Shown here piece by piece: positions 8,738 to 18,511 of a stretch of DNA of 64,000 nucleotides. The first letter of the stretch is position 1; each line of letters starts with the position of its first letter. The position numbers were made by a program, and so were the translations under genes. The notes beneath the pieces are model-generated. The model worked only from the letters and a program-made list of their open reading frames with translations, did not search any database and was not told the DNA's origin. The stretch is from an uncultured Gemmatimonadales bacterium (GTDB lineage: Bacteria > Gemmatimonadota > Gemmatimonadetes > Longimicrobiales > RSA9), in assembly GCA_963708135.1 (NCBI GenBank), contig OY970192.1:2080001-2144000 (forward strand). The letters are read 5' to 3'.

Positions 8738-10252
8738 TCACAGGTCGTGTCCGCCGTAGGAAAGATTGAAGCTCTTGTTGCAGAGGGGAAAATCCGAGAT
8801 CGCCTGGCCGCGCAGCGCCAGCTCGAGCGCGGGCCAGTTGTGGAACGAGGGGTCGGTCACCTTGTAGCGGCGGAACCTTCCGCTGCTCCCGCTCAGCGCG
8901 ACGTGGGCAGCCTCGCCGCGCCACGCCTCCACGAGCGAGACGACTCCCGCACCCGCGTCCAGCGCGCCGCACTCGACCCGGACGGCTCCCGCCGGCAGCT
9001 CCTCGAGCAGCGCCCGGGCGAAGGAGAGCGAGCGCTGCGCCTCGAGCCAGCGGATGCTCGCGCGCGCGAACACATCTCCCTCGGCCGTTGTGACGGGCGG
9101 CACGTGCGCCAGGCGGTACATCCCGAACGGATGGTCGTGGCGCACGTCGCGCGCGAGACCGGAGGCGCGCGCCGCGGGTCCGACCATTCCAAGCGCGCGA
9201 GCTTGCGTTTCCGCGACGATCCCGGTCCCCTCCATGCGGTCCTGCACGCCCGCGTTCGACAGGAGCATCCCGGCCGCGGCCGTCAGCTCCCGCTCGGCCT
9301 CCGCCAGCGCGGTCGCCAGCAACCGGATCTGCTCCGTGGCCGGATCGACGCTCACTCCCCCGGGCCGCAGGAAGCAGCGCCCGAACCGGCTGCCGCAGAG
9401 GCTCGCGGTCATGTTCAGGAACGCGCCGCGCAGCCGCCCGCAGGAGGCCGCCGTCGGCTGGAATGCCACATCGCCCGCCAGCGCGCCGAGGTCTCCCGTG
9501 TGGTTCGCGAGACGCTCGAGCTCGAGCGCCAGTGCACGCAACGCGTGGGCGCGCGCCGGCACCGCGCAGCCGGCCAGCGCCTCGACGGCCTGCACGTAGG
9601 CCAGCGCATGGCCGATCGTGGTGTCCCCCGCGAGGTCCTCCATCCGGAAGACGGTCACCCGGTCCGGTCCCCCCACGAGCAGCGCCTCCAATCCTCGGTG
9701 CTGGAATCCCAGCATGATCTCGAGGTGGTAGACCGTCTCACCATGGCACTGGAAGCGGAAGTGGCCCGGTTCGATCACGCCCGCATGCACGGGCCCGACC
9801 GCGACCTCGTGAACCTCGAGGCCGTCCATGTGGAAGAAGGGGTAGTCCGCGCCGATCGGGAGCGTCGCGTCGTGCAGTCGATGCGACCCGGGCGGCGCCG
9901 CTGCGGGGCTGCGCAGCGGCTTGAGCCACGGATGTCCCTCCGGCACGATGCCGAGCTGTTCCGCGATCTCGCGCTCGAACCGGCTGGCGGCCACGCAGGC
10001 ATCCGAGAACGCGGGATAGCGCTCTCCCACCTCGGTCCGCATCACCGCGAGCCGTGCCGAGGCGTCGTCCGCGAGCACCGCCCACAGGCCGGAGCGCCCG
10101 CCTCCGAGCGGCTCCCCGAACAGCGTTACGAGACGCCAGCCGTCGCGCAGCCGCTCCAGGGCCAGCCGGCGGAAGCCGACGGGGTCGGCGGCGGCTACCC
10201 CGCCCGGCTGGAAGCGCTCGGCGTTGCGCACGAGAAGCGCAGGGGCGCTCAT
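8738..10252 (-). CDS. Ehr large subunit (HycE/NuoCD-like, no NiFe CxxC motifs)
   Basis: GPVHAGVIEPGHFRF, LAGDTTIGH, DPSFHNW, DFPLCNKSFNLSYGGHDL; ATG 10252 overlaps upstream stop. Confidence 0.9.
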   Translation of the reverse strand: MSAPALLVRNAERFQPGGVAAADPVGFRRLALERLRDGWRLVTLFGEPLGGGRSGLWAVLADDASARLAVMRTEVGERYPAFSDACVAASRFEREIAEQLGIVPEGHPWLKPLRSPAAAPPGSHRLHDATLPIGADYPFFHMDGLEVHEVAVGPVHAGVIEPGHFRFQCHGETVYHLEIMLGFQHRGLEALLVGGPDRVTVFRMEDLAGDTTIGHALAYVQAVEALAGCAVPARAHALRALALELERLANHTGDLGALAGDVAFQPTAASCGRLRGAFLNMTASLCGSRFGRCFLRPGGVSVDPATEQIRLLATALAEAERELTAAAGMLLSNAGVQDRMEGTGIVAETQARALGMVGPAARASGLARDVRHDHPFGMYRLAHVPPVTTAEGDVFARASIRWLEAQRSLSFARALLEELPAGAVRVECGALDAGAGVVSLVEAWRGEAAHVALSGSSGRFRRYKVTDPSFHNWPALELALRGQAISDFPLCNKSFNLSYGGHDL

Positions 10253-11683
10253 CCGCCTCCCCCTCCCACCAGCCGCGCCGCGGCCGTGAGTAGCTCGCGC
10301 AATGGAGCCGGAATCCACACGCCGAGCACCAGCACGGCCACGCCCAGCGCCAATGGCGGTAGCACGGCGGACGCACGTTCCACCGTCCCGGCGCGCAGCT
10401 CATCGGTCGGGGACTGGCCGAGGGCCATCCGGAGCACCACGCCGGCCATTCCCGCGAACACGGCGGCCAGCGCGCCAAGGTAGAGCGCCGCCACGACCCA
10501 GCGTCCGGCATCCAGAATGCCCTTCAGGATCGTCAGCTCGCTCAGGAACAGGCCAAAAGGGGGTGCTCCCGCGATGGCCAGGAAGCCGGCCACCCAGAGC
10601 GGCCCCGAGATCGGCAGGCGCCGGATGGCGCCGCGCACATCCGCCACGGCCTTGCTGCCATAGGCGGCCAGGAGGTTGCCGGCCGTGAGAAAGAGGAGGC
10701 CCTTGGCCAGGCCGTGCCCGAGCGCGTGCAGCATCGCCCCCCACGCCGCCACGCCGCCCACGCCGACGCCCAGCGCGAGGATTCCCATGTGCTCCATGCT
10801 CGAGTAGGCGAGAAGCCGCTTGAAGTCCTGCTGTCCGATAATGAACGCGGCCGACAGCGTCAGCGAGAGGAGTCCGAACGCCACGAGCACCGGCCGCACG
10901 AAGCCACCGAGCCCCGCCGCGAGGCAGACCTGCACCCCGCGAAGCAACGCCAGAAAGGCGCACGTCAGCAGTCCCCCCGACAGCAGGGCCGAGGCCGGCG
11001 CGGGCGCCTCGCTGTGGGCGTCGGGCAGCCACGCGTGCATCGGGGCGAGCCCCATCTTCGTTCCGTAGCCCGACGAGCAGGAAGATGAAGGCGGCGCGCA
11101 GCAGCTGCGGATCCAGGCCGGGCGCCGCGCGGAGAAGCGCGTCGAGGACCAGGGGCGCGCCCGCCGGCCCGCGGGTCGCGGACAGCGCGAGCAGGAACGT
11201 GCCGACGAGGGCGAGGGCGATCCCCACGGAGCAGAGGAGCAGGTACTTCCAGGCCGCCTCGAGGGCCTGCCGGGTGCGGTGGTGGTAGACCAGCGGCGCG
11301 CTGGCCAGCGTGGTGGACTCGACGGCCACCCAGAGGAGCCCCAGATGTCGGCTCACCGCCACCAGCGTCATCGCGGCCAGGAACCAGAGGAAACAGGCGA
11401 CGAAGGCGCGATCCTCCGCCCCTTCCCCCGCCAGGCTCCCCTGCACGGACGACGCCGTGGCCAGGAAAAGGAGCGTCACGAGGGCGAGCACGAGCCGGCC
11501 GAGGGCATCGAGGCCGATCCACGCCCCCGGGTGCGCGGGCGCGGGATGGAGGATCACCCAGGTGGCGATCCCGCTGTGGAGCAGCGCGCCGAGCACGAGA
11601 AGCGTCCTGCGCGTGGCGACCCTGCCCGAGGCGAAGGCGAGCGCACCGAGCAGCGCGGGGACGAGGACCAGGAGAACGAGCAC
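10249..11683 (-). CDS. hyfF: Hydrogenase-4 component F-like antiporter subunit; +1 frameshift near 11070
   Basis: EAAWKYLLLCSVG before and GTKMGLAPMHAWLPDAHSEAP, KRLLAYSSMEHMG after; GTC GGG C TAC has one extra base. Confidence 0.85.
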
Positions 11684-11687
11684 GCGG

Positions 11688-12341
11688 TCAGTCCCGGAGC
11701 GAGGCGAGCTCGGGCACGCTCATGTGGTCGAACTCGCGGTTGATGTGGAAGATCGCGATCCCCATGACGAACACGCCCACCAGCACGTCGAGCAGGATGC
11801 CCATCTCGACAAGGGTGGGCAGGCGGCTGGCCAGCGTCTGCCCGAGCAGGAAGATGCCGTTCTCGAGCAGCAGATACCCGAGCACCTGCGTCACCGCCTT
11901 CTTCCGCGACACCATCACGAGCGCGCCGATCATGAAGGTGGTCAGCGCGACCGGCACGAGGAGCGGCGCGGCCGGTGGAACGGGGACCGGCAGATCGCGG
12001 GCGAGCGCGAATGCGGCGGCGGTGAGCAGGCCGCCGATGACCAGCGATGCGGTGAAGCCGATGAACGGCTCGACCTCGCGACGGACGGCGGCCTCGCGCA
12101 TCGCACGGCCGAGCAGCCACGGGATCAGGACCCCCTTCACGCCCGCGGCCGTGAGCGCGAAAGCGGCCGTATGCGCGGCCGGCACGCCGCCGTGCAGCAG
12201 CAGCGGCAGCGCCCCGAGCAGCAGCCCCTGCGCGGCCACGATGCGGATCGACGCGCTCAGGCGGCTCGAGCCCAGGATCGCGAAGTCCGTGAGTACGACG
12301 AGCACGAGCAGCAGCTCCGTCGCGGAGGCCACGACGCTCAT
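11688..12341 (-). CDS. hyfE: Hydrogenase-4 component E-like membrane subunit
   Basis: QVLGYLLLENGIF, VEMGILLDVLVGVFVMG, HINREFD; ATG 12341 overlaps upstream stop. Confidence 0.88.
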   Translation of the reverse strand: MSVVASATELLLVLVVLTDFAILGSSRLSASIRIVAAQGLLLGALPLLLHGGVPAAHTAAFALTAAGVKGVLIPWLLGRAMREAAVRREVEPFIGFTASLVIGGLLTAAAFALARDLPVPVPPAAPLLVPVALTTFMIGALVMVSRKKAVTQVLGYLLLENGIFLLGQTLASRLPTLVEMGILLDVLVGVFVMGIAIFHINREFDHMSVPELASLRD

Positions 12342-13249
12342 CGCAGGGAGAGCACCACGGCGAAGGCGGCCAGCACGGCTGCGCCGACCAGGAGCTGTGG
12401 TACGCGCGCGAGCCGGAGTCGTGCCGTGACGGACTCGAGGATGCCGACCGCGACGCCGAGCCCGAGCAGGCCGGCGCCGAATAGCGCCATGTCGCCTTGA
12501 CTGCTGCCCGTCCGGAACGGCAACAGGAGGTCGCCGAGCAGCGCGGCGTAAAGCCAGAGCTTGAGCGCGGCGGCGTACTCGAGGAGCGCGAGGTCGGGAC
12601 CACCGTGGTCGAGGATCATGACCTCGTGGATCATCGTCAACTCGAGGTGCGTTGCGGGGTCGTCGACGGGGAGCCGGGCATTCTCCGAGAGTAGCACCAC
12701 GAGGAGGGCCGCCGCCGCCAGCGCGGGCGCGGCGGCGTTGGCGGCCCAGACCGCGCGCAGATCGGGGCCGAGCAGCCCGCTGAGCGACGCGTGGCGCGTG
12801 CCCAGCGCGAGCACGAGCACGACGCCGAAGAGGGCGAGCTCGGCCAGCGCCGAGAAGAACAGCTCCCGGCTCGCCCCCATCCCTTCGAAGCTCGATCCGG
12901 TATCCAGCGCGGCCAGCGCGGTCGCGAAGCGGGCGAGGCCGAGCGCGTAGGCCACGGCGATGACGTCGCCCGGGAACGCGACTGCCGCGGTCTGCCCGGC
13001 GGCGGGCACGAAGAGCAGTGCCACGGCGACGCCCGCGAGCCCGGCCACCGGGCCGAGGCGGAACAGCCAGGTGGTCGTGCGGCTGTAGACCGCGCCCTTC
13101 CCGAGCAGCCGGGCGAGGTCCCGGTACGGTTGCAGGATGGGCGCCCCCCGACGGCCCGCCATCCGCGCCTTCGTCCTGCCGATCACCCCGCTCAGGAGCG
13201 GCGCCAGGACCAGCGCCGCGAGCCACGTGGCCAGCCCCGCCCCGCTCAC
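12338..13249 (-). CDS. hyfC: HyfC/HycD (NuoH-like) membrane subunit
   Basis: GRRGAPILQPYRDL, LDTGSSFEGMGASRE, ENARLPVDDPATHLELTMIHE; GTG 13249 in GTGA overlap. Confidence 0.9.
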   Translation of the reverse strand: MSGAGLATWLAALVLAPLLSGVIGRTKARMAGRRGAPILQPYRDLARLLGKGAVYSRTTTWLFRLGPVAGLAGVAVALLFVPAAGQTAAVAFPGDVIAVAYALGLARFATALAALDTGSSFEGMGASRELFFSALAELALFGVVLVLALGTRHASLSGLLGPDLRAVWAANAAAPALAAAALLVVLLSENARLPVDDPATHLELTMIHEVMILDHGGPDLALLEYAAALKLWLYAALLGDLLLPFRTGSSQGDMALFGAGLLGLGVAVGILESVTARLRLARVPQLLVGAAVLAAFAVVLSLR

Positions 13250-15240
13250 CGAAGCCACCCCACGGCGAGCACGAGCAGCACGATCAACGCCGCGAAGATG
13301 TAGAGCAGGTAGAGGTGTGTGCCGCCCCGCTGCAGCCCGCGCGCACGGCCGAGCCATCCCTCGATCCGCTCGAACAGCGGCTGATAGAGCCGGCTGCGAA
13401 ACAGGTCCGGCGTTTCCGAGGCCAGCGAGGCCGCTTCCGGATGGAAGCCCTCCGGCGCGACCACCTCGGCGCGCCGGCTGCTCAGCGTGGGCCGGAAGAA
13501 CGACAGGAGCGGGTCCAGGAGCGACGAGCCCGTGTACTGCGCTCGCGGCGCCGCCTCCCCCTCGTAGCCACACCCCCAGGTCTCGTCCTCCGTCTGCGGC
13601 CGCCCGTGCAGGAGTCCGCGCCGCAGCAGCCCCACCACACCTCCGAATACCAGCAGAGCGACGGCGATCCGCGTGGGCCACCACGCGAGCCGAAACAGCA
13701 GGGTCACAGCGTCCCCCTTGAACGCCCTGAGCGATGCCGTGAGCTCGAGCACCGGACGCACCACCACCAGCATGCCGAGCGACGGAAACACGCCGAGCAC
13801 GACACAGAGCAGCGCCAGAACGTGCATCGGGATCCGCATGGCGCGCGGCGCTTCGTGAGCCGATGCTGCGGCGGCGCCGCGCGGCCGTCCCAGGAAGGCC
13901 ACCCCGAACGCCTTGGCGTACACGGCCGCCGCCACCGCGCCGGTCAGCGCCAGAACGCCGACGAGGAGGAGCCCGGGCCACGCATAGGGAGCCCGGATCG
14001 TCGTCACCAGCGCGAGCCCCGCCGAATAGAGGAAAAACTCGCTGGCGAAGCCGTTCAGCGGCGGTAGCGCGACCCCGGCCAGGGCCCCGATCAGGAAGGT
14101 CGTGCCGGTGTCCCCCATCCGGCGGAGGAGCCCACCGAGGCGGTCCAGCTCGAGTGTGCCCGCCCCGTGCCGGATCGATCCCGCGCCGAGAAAGAGCAGC
14201 CCCTTGAAGAGCGTGTGGTTTACCGCGTGGAAGAGCGCCGCCGCGAAACCGAGCACCGCGGTCACGGCGCTGCCCGTGCTCATTCCGAGGAGCCCGACGC
14301 CGATCGCCAGCGCGAGCACGCCGACGTTCTCGATGCTCGAGTAGGCCAGCAGGCGCTTCAGGTCCTGCTGCGCCCCGGCCGCCAGGATGCCTCCGAGCGC
14401 GCTGACCCCGCCGACGAGCACCAGGAGAGCGCCCCACCACCACGCCGGCGCACCGAGCAGGAGCAGCACCCTGAGGAGCCCGTAGATCCCGGTCTCGATC
14501 ATGACACCGGACAGCACCGCCGAGACGTGGCTGGGCGCTGCCGGATGCGCCTCGGGCAACCAGATGTGGGCAGGCACCAGTCCCGCCTTCGTGCCGAAGC
14601 CGACGAGGCCGAGCAGGAACATCGCGCCGGAGGAAACCCCGCCGGCCGCGACGTACGGCGCGCGGAAGTCCGGAGCACCGCCATGCCCCAGGAGCAGGAA
14701 GAGGACGAGCAGGAACGCCGTGCCGATATGGGTCGCGACGAGGTACGTCCACCCCGCGCGGCGCACCTCCGCCCGCTCGTCCTCGAAGACCACCAGGAAA
14801 TAAGAGGTGAGCGACATCACCTCCCACGCCACCAGGAACAACACCCCGTTCCGGGCCGACAGCACCAGCACTATGGCGGCCATGAGCAGATCGAAGAACA
14901 GCCACGACCACGCCGCTCGCCGCTCGCCCGTCCACGCCTCCAGGTATCGCGCGCCGTAGAGTGCCGCCGCGGCGAAGAGCACGTAGGCCGGCAACAGGAA
15001 GACGGCGCTGAGCCCGTCCGCCTGCAGCGTGAAGGCACCCAGGGGAACGGCCCACGGCAGAGACAACGCGATCGGCCCGGCGCCGAACAGGACGCCGGCG
15101 GCTGCAAGCACGCCCGCTGTCGAGCCTGCGATGCACGCGCCCGCACCGAGCACTCCGGCGCGACGCGTGTTCCGTCCCGCGAACGGAGCGAGGAGCCCGC
15201 CAACGACGGGCAGCAGCAGAGACAGGAGAAGCAGCGTCAC
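13246..15240 (-). CDS. hyfB: Hydrogenase-4 component B-like antiporter subunit
   Basis: FLVAWEVMSL, GTKAGLVPAHIWLPEAHPAAPS, KRLLAYSSIEN, PPLNGFASEF, TWGCGY. Confidence 0.92.
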   Translation of the reverse strand: MTLLLLSLLLPVVGGLLAPFAGRNTRRAGVLGAGACIAGSTAGVLAAAGVLFGAGPIALSLPWAVPLGAFTLQADGLSAVFLLPAYVLFAAAALYGARYLEAWTGERRAAWSWLFFDLLMAAIVLVLSARNGVLFLVAWEVMSLTSYFLVVFEDERAEVRRAGWTYLVATHIGTAFLLVLFLLLGHGGAPDFRAPYVAAGGVSSGAMFLLGLVGFGTKAGLVPAHIWLPEAHPAAPSHVSAVLSGVMIETGIYGLLRVLLLLGAPAWWWGALLVLVGGVSALGGILAAGAQQDLKRLLAYSSIENVGVLALAIGVGLLGMSTGSAVTAVLGFAAALFHAVNHTLFKGLLFLGAGSIRHGAGTLELDRLGGLLRRMGDTGTTFLIGALAGVALPPLNGFASEFFLYSAGLALVTTIRAPYAWPGLLLVGVLALTGAVAAAVYAKAFGVAFLGRPRGAAAASAHEAPRAMRIPMHVLALLCVVLGVFPSLGMLVVVRPVLELTASLRAFKGDAVTLLFRLAWWPTRIAVALLVFGGVVGLLRRGLLHGRPQTEDETWGCGYEGEAAPRAQYTGSSLLDPLLSFFRPTLSSRRAEVVAPEGFHPEAASLASETPDLFRSRLYQPLFERIEGWLGRARGLQRGGTHLYLLYIFAALIVLLVLAVGWLR

Positions 15241-15935
15241 GGGCGCGCTTCGATTCCGGCTCCGCGAGGCGGCGCGCTTCGCTCCAGGCGACGGACCGCC
15301 TCGATGATCTCCACGCCCGGACCGGCGGCGTCCACCAGCGCCCTCACGCCGCCGTCCCGGAGCGCGAACGCCAGCCGCGCGAGCAGGTGGAGGTGCGTTC
15401 GCACGGTCGGGCTGACGATCACGAAGAGCGTACGAACGCCGAGGCCGTCGGGCGAGGCGAGATCAAGCGGGCACCGGAGAAATGCCAGCGTGACGGTGGG
15501 GGCGGCCACATCGAGCACGATCGGCCGGCGAACGTGCGGCACGGCGACCCCGCCGCCTATGGCCGTGGAGCCGAACGTCTCGCGGGCGAGAAGCGCCTCG
15601 AGCAGGAAGGCGCGCTCGCCTTCCGCGGGAAGCGGCAGCCGCGCGACCACCTCGCCGAGAACGCCGGGCAGATCCTGTCCCGGCAGGTCGTGGTGGATTC
15701 CGCCGGCCGCGAGGGCTTCGGCGAGCGAGTCGGCGGGCGAGTCCCCCCACGCGAGCAGGGCGTCGGATCCCAGGTCGATTCCGCGCGCGCCGGCCCACTC
15801 GAGCAGCTCGTCGCGGCTCAGCATCCAGCGCTCACGCGCGTTGTGCGCGGGCAGGCTGCCGTCGCGGATGCCGCGCAGGATCAGCCGTTCCGGAACGTGC
15901 AGCAGGGTCGCGGCGTCGCGAACCGTGAGTCGCAT
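15237..15935 (-). CDS. HTH (excisionase-like) plus PTS EIIA (PtsN-like) fusion protein
   Basis: N-terminal LTVRDAATLLHV..GSLPA; C-terminal RETFGSTAIGGGVAVPH with phospho-His, HLHLLARL. Confidence 0.88.
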   Translation of the reverse strand: MRLTVRDAATLLHVPERLILRGIRDGSLPAHNARERWMLSRDELLEWAGARGIDLGSDALLAWGDSPADSLAEALAAGGIHHDLPGQDLPGVLGEVVARLPLPAEGERAFLLEALLARETFGSTAIGGGVAVPHVRRPIVLDVAAPTVTLAFLRCPLDLASPDGLGVRTLFVIVSPTVRTHLHLLARLAFALRDGGVRALVDAAGPGVEIIEAVRRLERSAPPRGAGIEARP

Positions 15936-16010
15936 TCAGCGCGGACTCGGTCTGGGGTTTGTGCGTCGGGAACTGCAGCCGGGAAGGTGGTCGCGCCCGA
16001 TCTCGTGAAA

Positions 16011-16039
16011 AGGATAGCGACGGCCGGGGGGCCCGACAA
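16011..16039 (-). promoter_or_regulatory. sigma70-type promoter for the Ehr operon
   Basis: Minus strand TTGTCG-N17-TATCCT about 75 nt above the start codon. Confidence 0.55.
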
Positions 16040-16177
16040 GACATGCCGGGCAGCGGCCCACCCTTCGCCGTTTCCGCTTGCCCGTGGCGTGAACGGCAGC
16101 CAGTATGGAGCCGTCTCTCCGCCGACCCGCGCCGCTGCGGGAGCAGGCGCGGGAGCGACCTGCGTACGGAGCATCGA

Positions 16178-17149
16178 ATGAAGCGAATTCTCGTGACCGG
16201 AGCGGCCGGGCAGATCGGCTCCGAGCTGGTCCCGGCGCTGCGCGCCCGCTACGGCACGGACGCGGTTCTGGCCACCGACTTGCGCGTCCCGGAGGACAGC
16301 GCGGGCGGTCCGTTCCTGCGCCTCGACTGCACGGATCGCAAGGCCCTGGCGGCCGCCGTCCGGGAGCACGGCGCGAACGGGATCTACCACCTTGCCGCCA
16401 TCCTCTCGGCGACCGCGGAGAAGGACCCCCAGCGCGCGCTGGAGTTGAACCTCGGCACCCAGATGAACGCCCTCGAGGTGGCGCGCGCGGCCAGCTGCGC
16501 GCTGTTCACGCCCAGCTCCATCGGCGCGTTCGGCCCCACCACCCCACGCGATCCCGCTCCCCAGGACACCATCCAGCGGCCGACCACCATGTACGGCATC
16601 ACCAAGGTGGCCGGCGAGCTTCTCTGTGACTACTACCACGCCCGCTACGGCGTGGATGCGCGCGGCGTCCGCTACCCTGGCCTCATCTCCTACGTCTCGC
16701 CGCCCGGCGGCGGGACCACGGACTACGCCGTCGACATCTTCTACGCCGCGGTCGAGGGGCGAGCGTACGAGTGCTTCCTCGCCGAGGACACGCAGCTCGA
16801 CATGATGTACATGCCGGATGCCGTGAACGCCGCGATCGCCCTGATGGAAGCCGACCCCGCCCGCCTCCAGCACCGCAACGCCTTCAACGTCGCCGCCATG
16901 CAGCTCACCCCCGCCCGCCTCGCCGAGGCCATCCGGCGCTACGTGCCCGACTTCCGCGTGACATACCGCGTCGACCCGGCGCGCCAGGCCATCGCCGCAT
17001 CATGGCCGCGGCGCATCGATGACACCGCGGCGCGCCAGGAATGGGGCTGGGCCCCGGAATACGGCCTCGATGCCATGGTGGTCGACATGCTGGAACACCT
17101 GTCCCTCAAGCTGGGACGGGCGCTCCCCGCGCTGGAGCGCCGTTCCTGA
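16178..17149 (+). CDS. tdh: L-threonine 3-dehydrogenase (SDR/epimerase type)
   Basis: TGAAGQIGSEL, PSSIGAFGP, YGITK, PGGGTTDYAV; adjacent to kbl. Confidence 0.9.
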   Translation: MKRILVTGAAGQIGSELVPALRARYGTDAVLATDLRVPEDSAGGPFLRLDCTDRKALAAAVREHGANGIYHLAAILSATAEKDPQRALELNLGTQMNALEVARAASCALFTPSSIGAFGPTTPRDPAPQDTIQRPTTMYGITKVAGELLCDYYHARYGVDARGVRYPGLISYVSPPGGGTTDYAVDIFYAAVEGRAYECFLAEDTQLDMMYMPDAVNAAIALMEADPARLQHRNAFNVAAMQLTPARLAEAIRRYVPDFRVTYRVDPARQAIAASWPRRIDDTAARQEWGWAPEYGLDAMVVDMLEHLSLKLGRALPALERRS

Positions 17150-17172
17150 CCCCTTGCCGAGGAGATGCTGGA

Positions 17173-18399
17173 ATGCCGCTCGATCGAGTCGGACCCGTGC
17201 TGCAGCGCCACGTGGGCGAGCTGGAGGAGAAGGGCACCGCGAAGGGGCGCGAGTCGGTCGTCGCCGGCGTGCTCGCCGCCGAGGGGAGTCGCGGCCCCCG
17301 GTTCCTGCTGGAGGGCCACGGCGACAGACGGTTCCTGCGCATGAACTCCAACTCCTACCTCGGCATGGGGCTCCGTCCGGAGATCGTCAAGGCGGAGGAG
17401 GAGGGAACCGGGCGCTACGGCGCCGGACCGGGAGCGGTCCGCTTCATCAGCGGCACCTACGCCCCGCACGTGCAGCTCGAGCGGCGGCTCGCCGCCTTCC
17501 ACGGCCGCGAGTCCGCCATGATCTTCAGCTCCGCGTACGCCGCCATGATCGGCGTGCTGGCCCCGCTCCTGAGCGCCGATACGGTGGTCGTGAGCGACGA
17601 GCTCAATCACAACTGCATCATCAACGCGATCCGCCTTTCCCGTCCGCTGGACAAGGCCGTCTACCCGCATCTCGACATGGCCGGGCTGGAGGCCGCCCTG
17701 GAGAAGGCCGCAGGCACCGGACGGCGCGCCGTCGTCGTCACGGACGGCATCTTCAGCATGCGCGGAGACCACGCCCCGCTCGATCGCATCATGGAGATCG
17801 CGCGCCGCTTCGACGCCCGCTTCGAGGAAGGGGTGGTGGTGGTGGTGGACGACTCGCACGGCGTGGGCGCGTTCGGCGCCACCGGCCGCGGCACCGAGGA
17901 GCACACCGGGGCGCCTCCGGCCGACCTGCTCGTCGCCACCCTCGGCAAGGCGCTGGGAGTGAACGGCGGCTACGTCGCCTCCTCGGCCGCCGTCATCCGC
18001 TACCTGCGCGAAACGGCACCGATGTACATCTACTCGAACCCGATCACGCCGGGGGAAGCGGAGGCCGCCATCGCCGCGCTGGAGATCCTGGACAGCCCGG
18101 CCGGCGTGAAGCTGGTCGAGCGGCTGCGTGCCCTGACGCGGCGCTTCGAGGCGGGACTGGTCGAGCTCGGCTACGAGGTGATCCCGGGCGAGCACCCGGT
18201 CGTCCCCCTCATGGTGCGCGACACCACGCGTACCCGCGCCCTCGTGAAGCACCTCTTCGAGAACGGCGTGCTGGCCACGGGCCTCGCCTTCCCGGTCGTC
18301 CCCCGCGGCGATGAAGAGATCCGCTTCCAGGTGAACGCCGACCACACGGAGGCGGACATCGACTACGCGCTGGGCGTGCTCGCGGCGGCTCGAAGATAG
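17173..18399 (+). CDS. kbl: Glycine C-acetyltransferase (2-amino-3-ketobutyrate CoA ligase)
   Basis: NSYLG, VRFISGT, DELNHNCII, TDGIFSMRGD, DDSHG, TLGKALG. Confidence 0.9.
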   Translation: MPLDRVGPVLQRHVGELEEKGTAKGRESVVAGVLAAEGSRGPRFLLEGHGDRRFLRMNSNSYLGMGLRPEIVKAEEEGTGRYGAGPGAVRFISGTYAPHVQLERRLAAFHGRESAMIFSSAYAAMIGVLAPLLSADTVVVSDELNHNCIINAIRLSRPLDKAVYPHLDMAGLEAALEKAAGTGRRAVVVTDGIFSMRGDHAPLDRIMEIARRFDARFEEGVVVVVDDSHGVGAFGATGRGTEEHTGAPPADLLVATLGKALGVNGGYVASSAAVIRYLRETAPMYIYSNPITPGEAEAAIAALEILDSPAGVKLVERLRALTRRFEAGLVELGYEVIPGEHPVVPLMVRDTTRTRALVKHLFENGVLATGLAFPVVPRGDEEIRFQVNADHTEADIDYALGVLAAARR

Positions 18400-18511
18400 C
18401 CGCGGGGCGGGCCGACAGACTCGGGCCGACCCTGGGCACGGCGACGACCCTGCGAGCCTGCCTCCCGGCTTCGCCGGGAAGCGAGCCCGCCAGGGCCTCA
18501 CCGATGACGGC

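Noticed and set aside
12338..15136. 932-aa ORF as a single protein
   Set aside because: Only the last 303 aa (from GTG 13249) are HyfC-like; the rest is an off-frame overlap of hyfB
15940..16005. Possible riboswitch in the Ehr operon leader
   Set aside because: No match to aptamer consensus sequences I can recognise
17832..17848. GGT trinucleotide run
   Set aside because: Encodes the ordinary VVVVV strand before DDSH in Kbl; in frame
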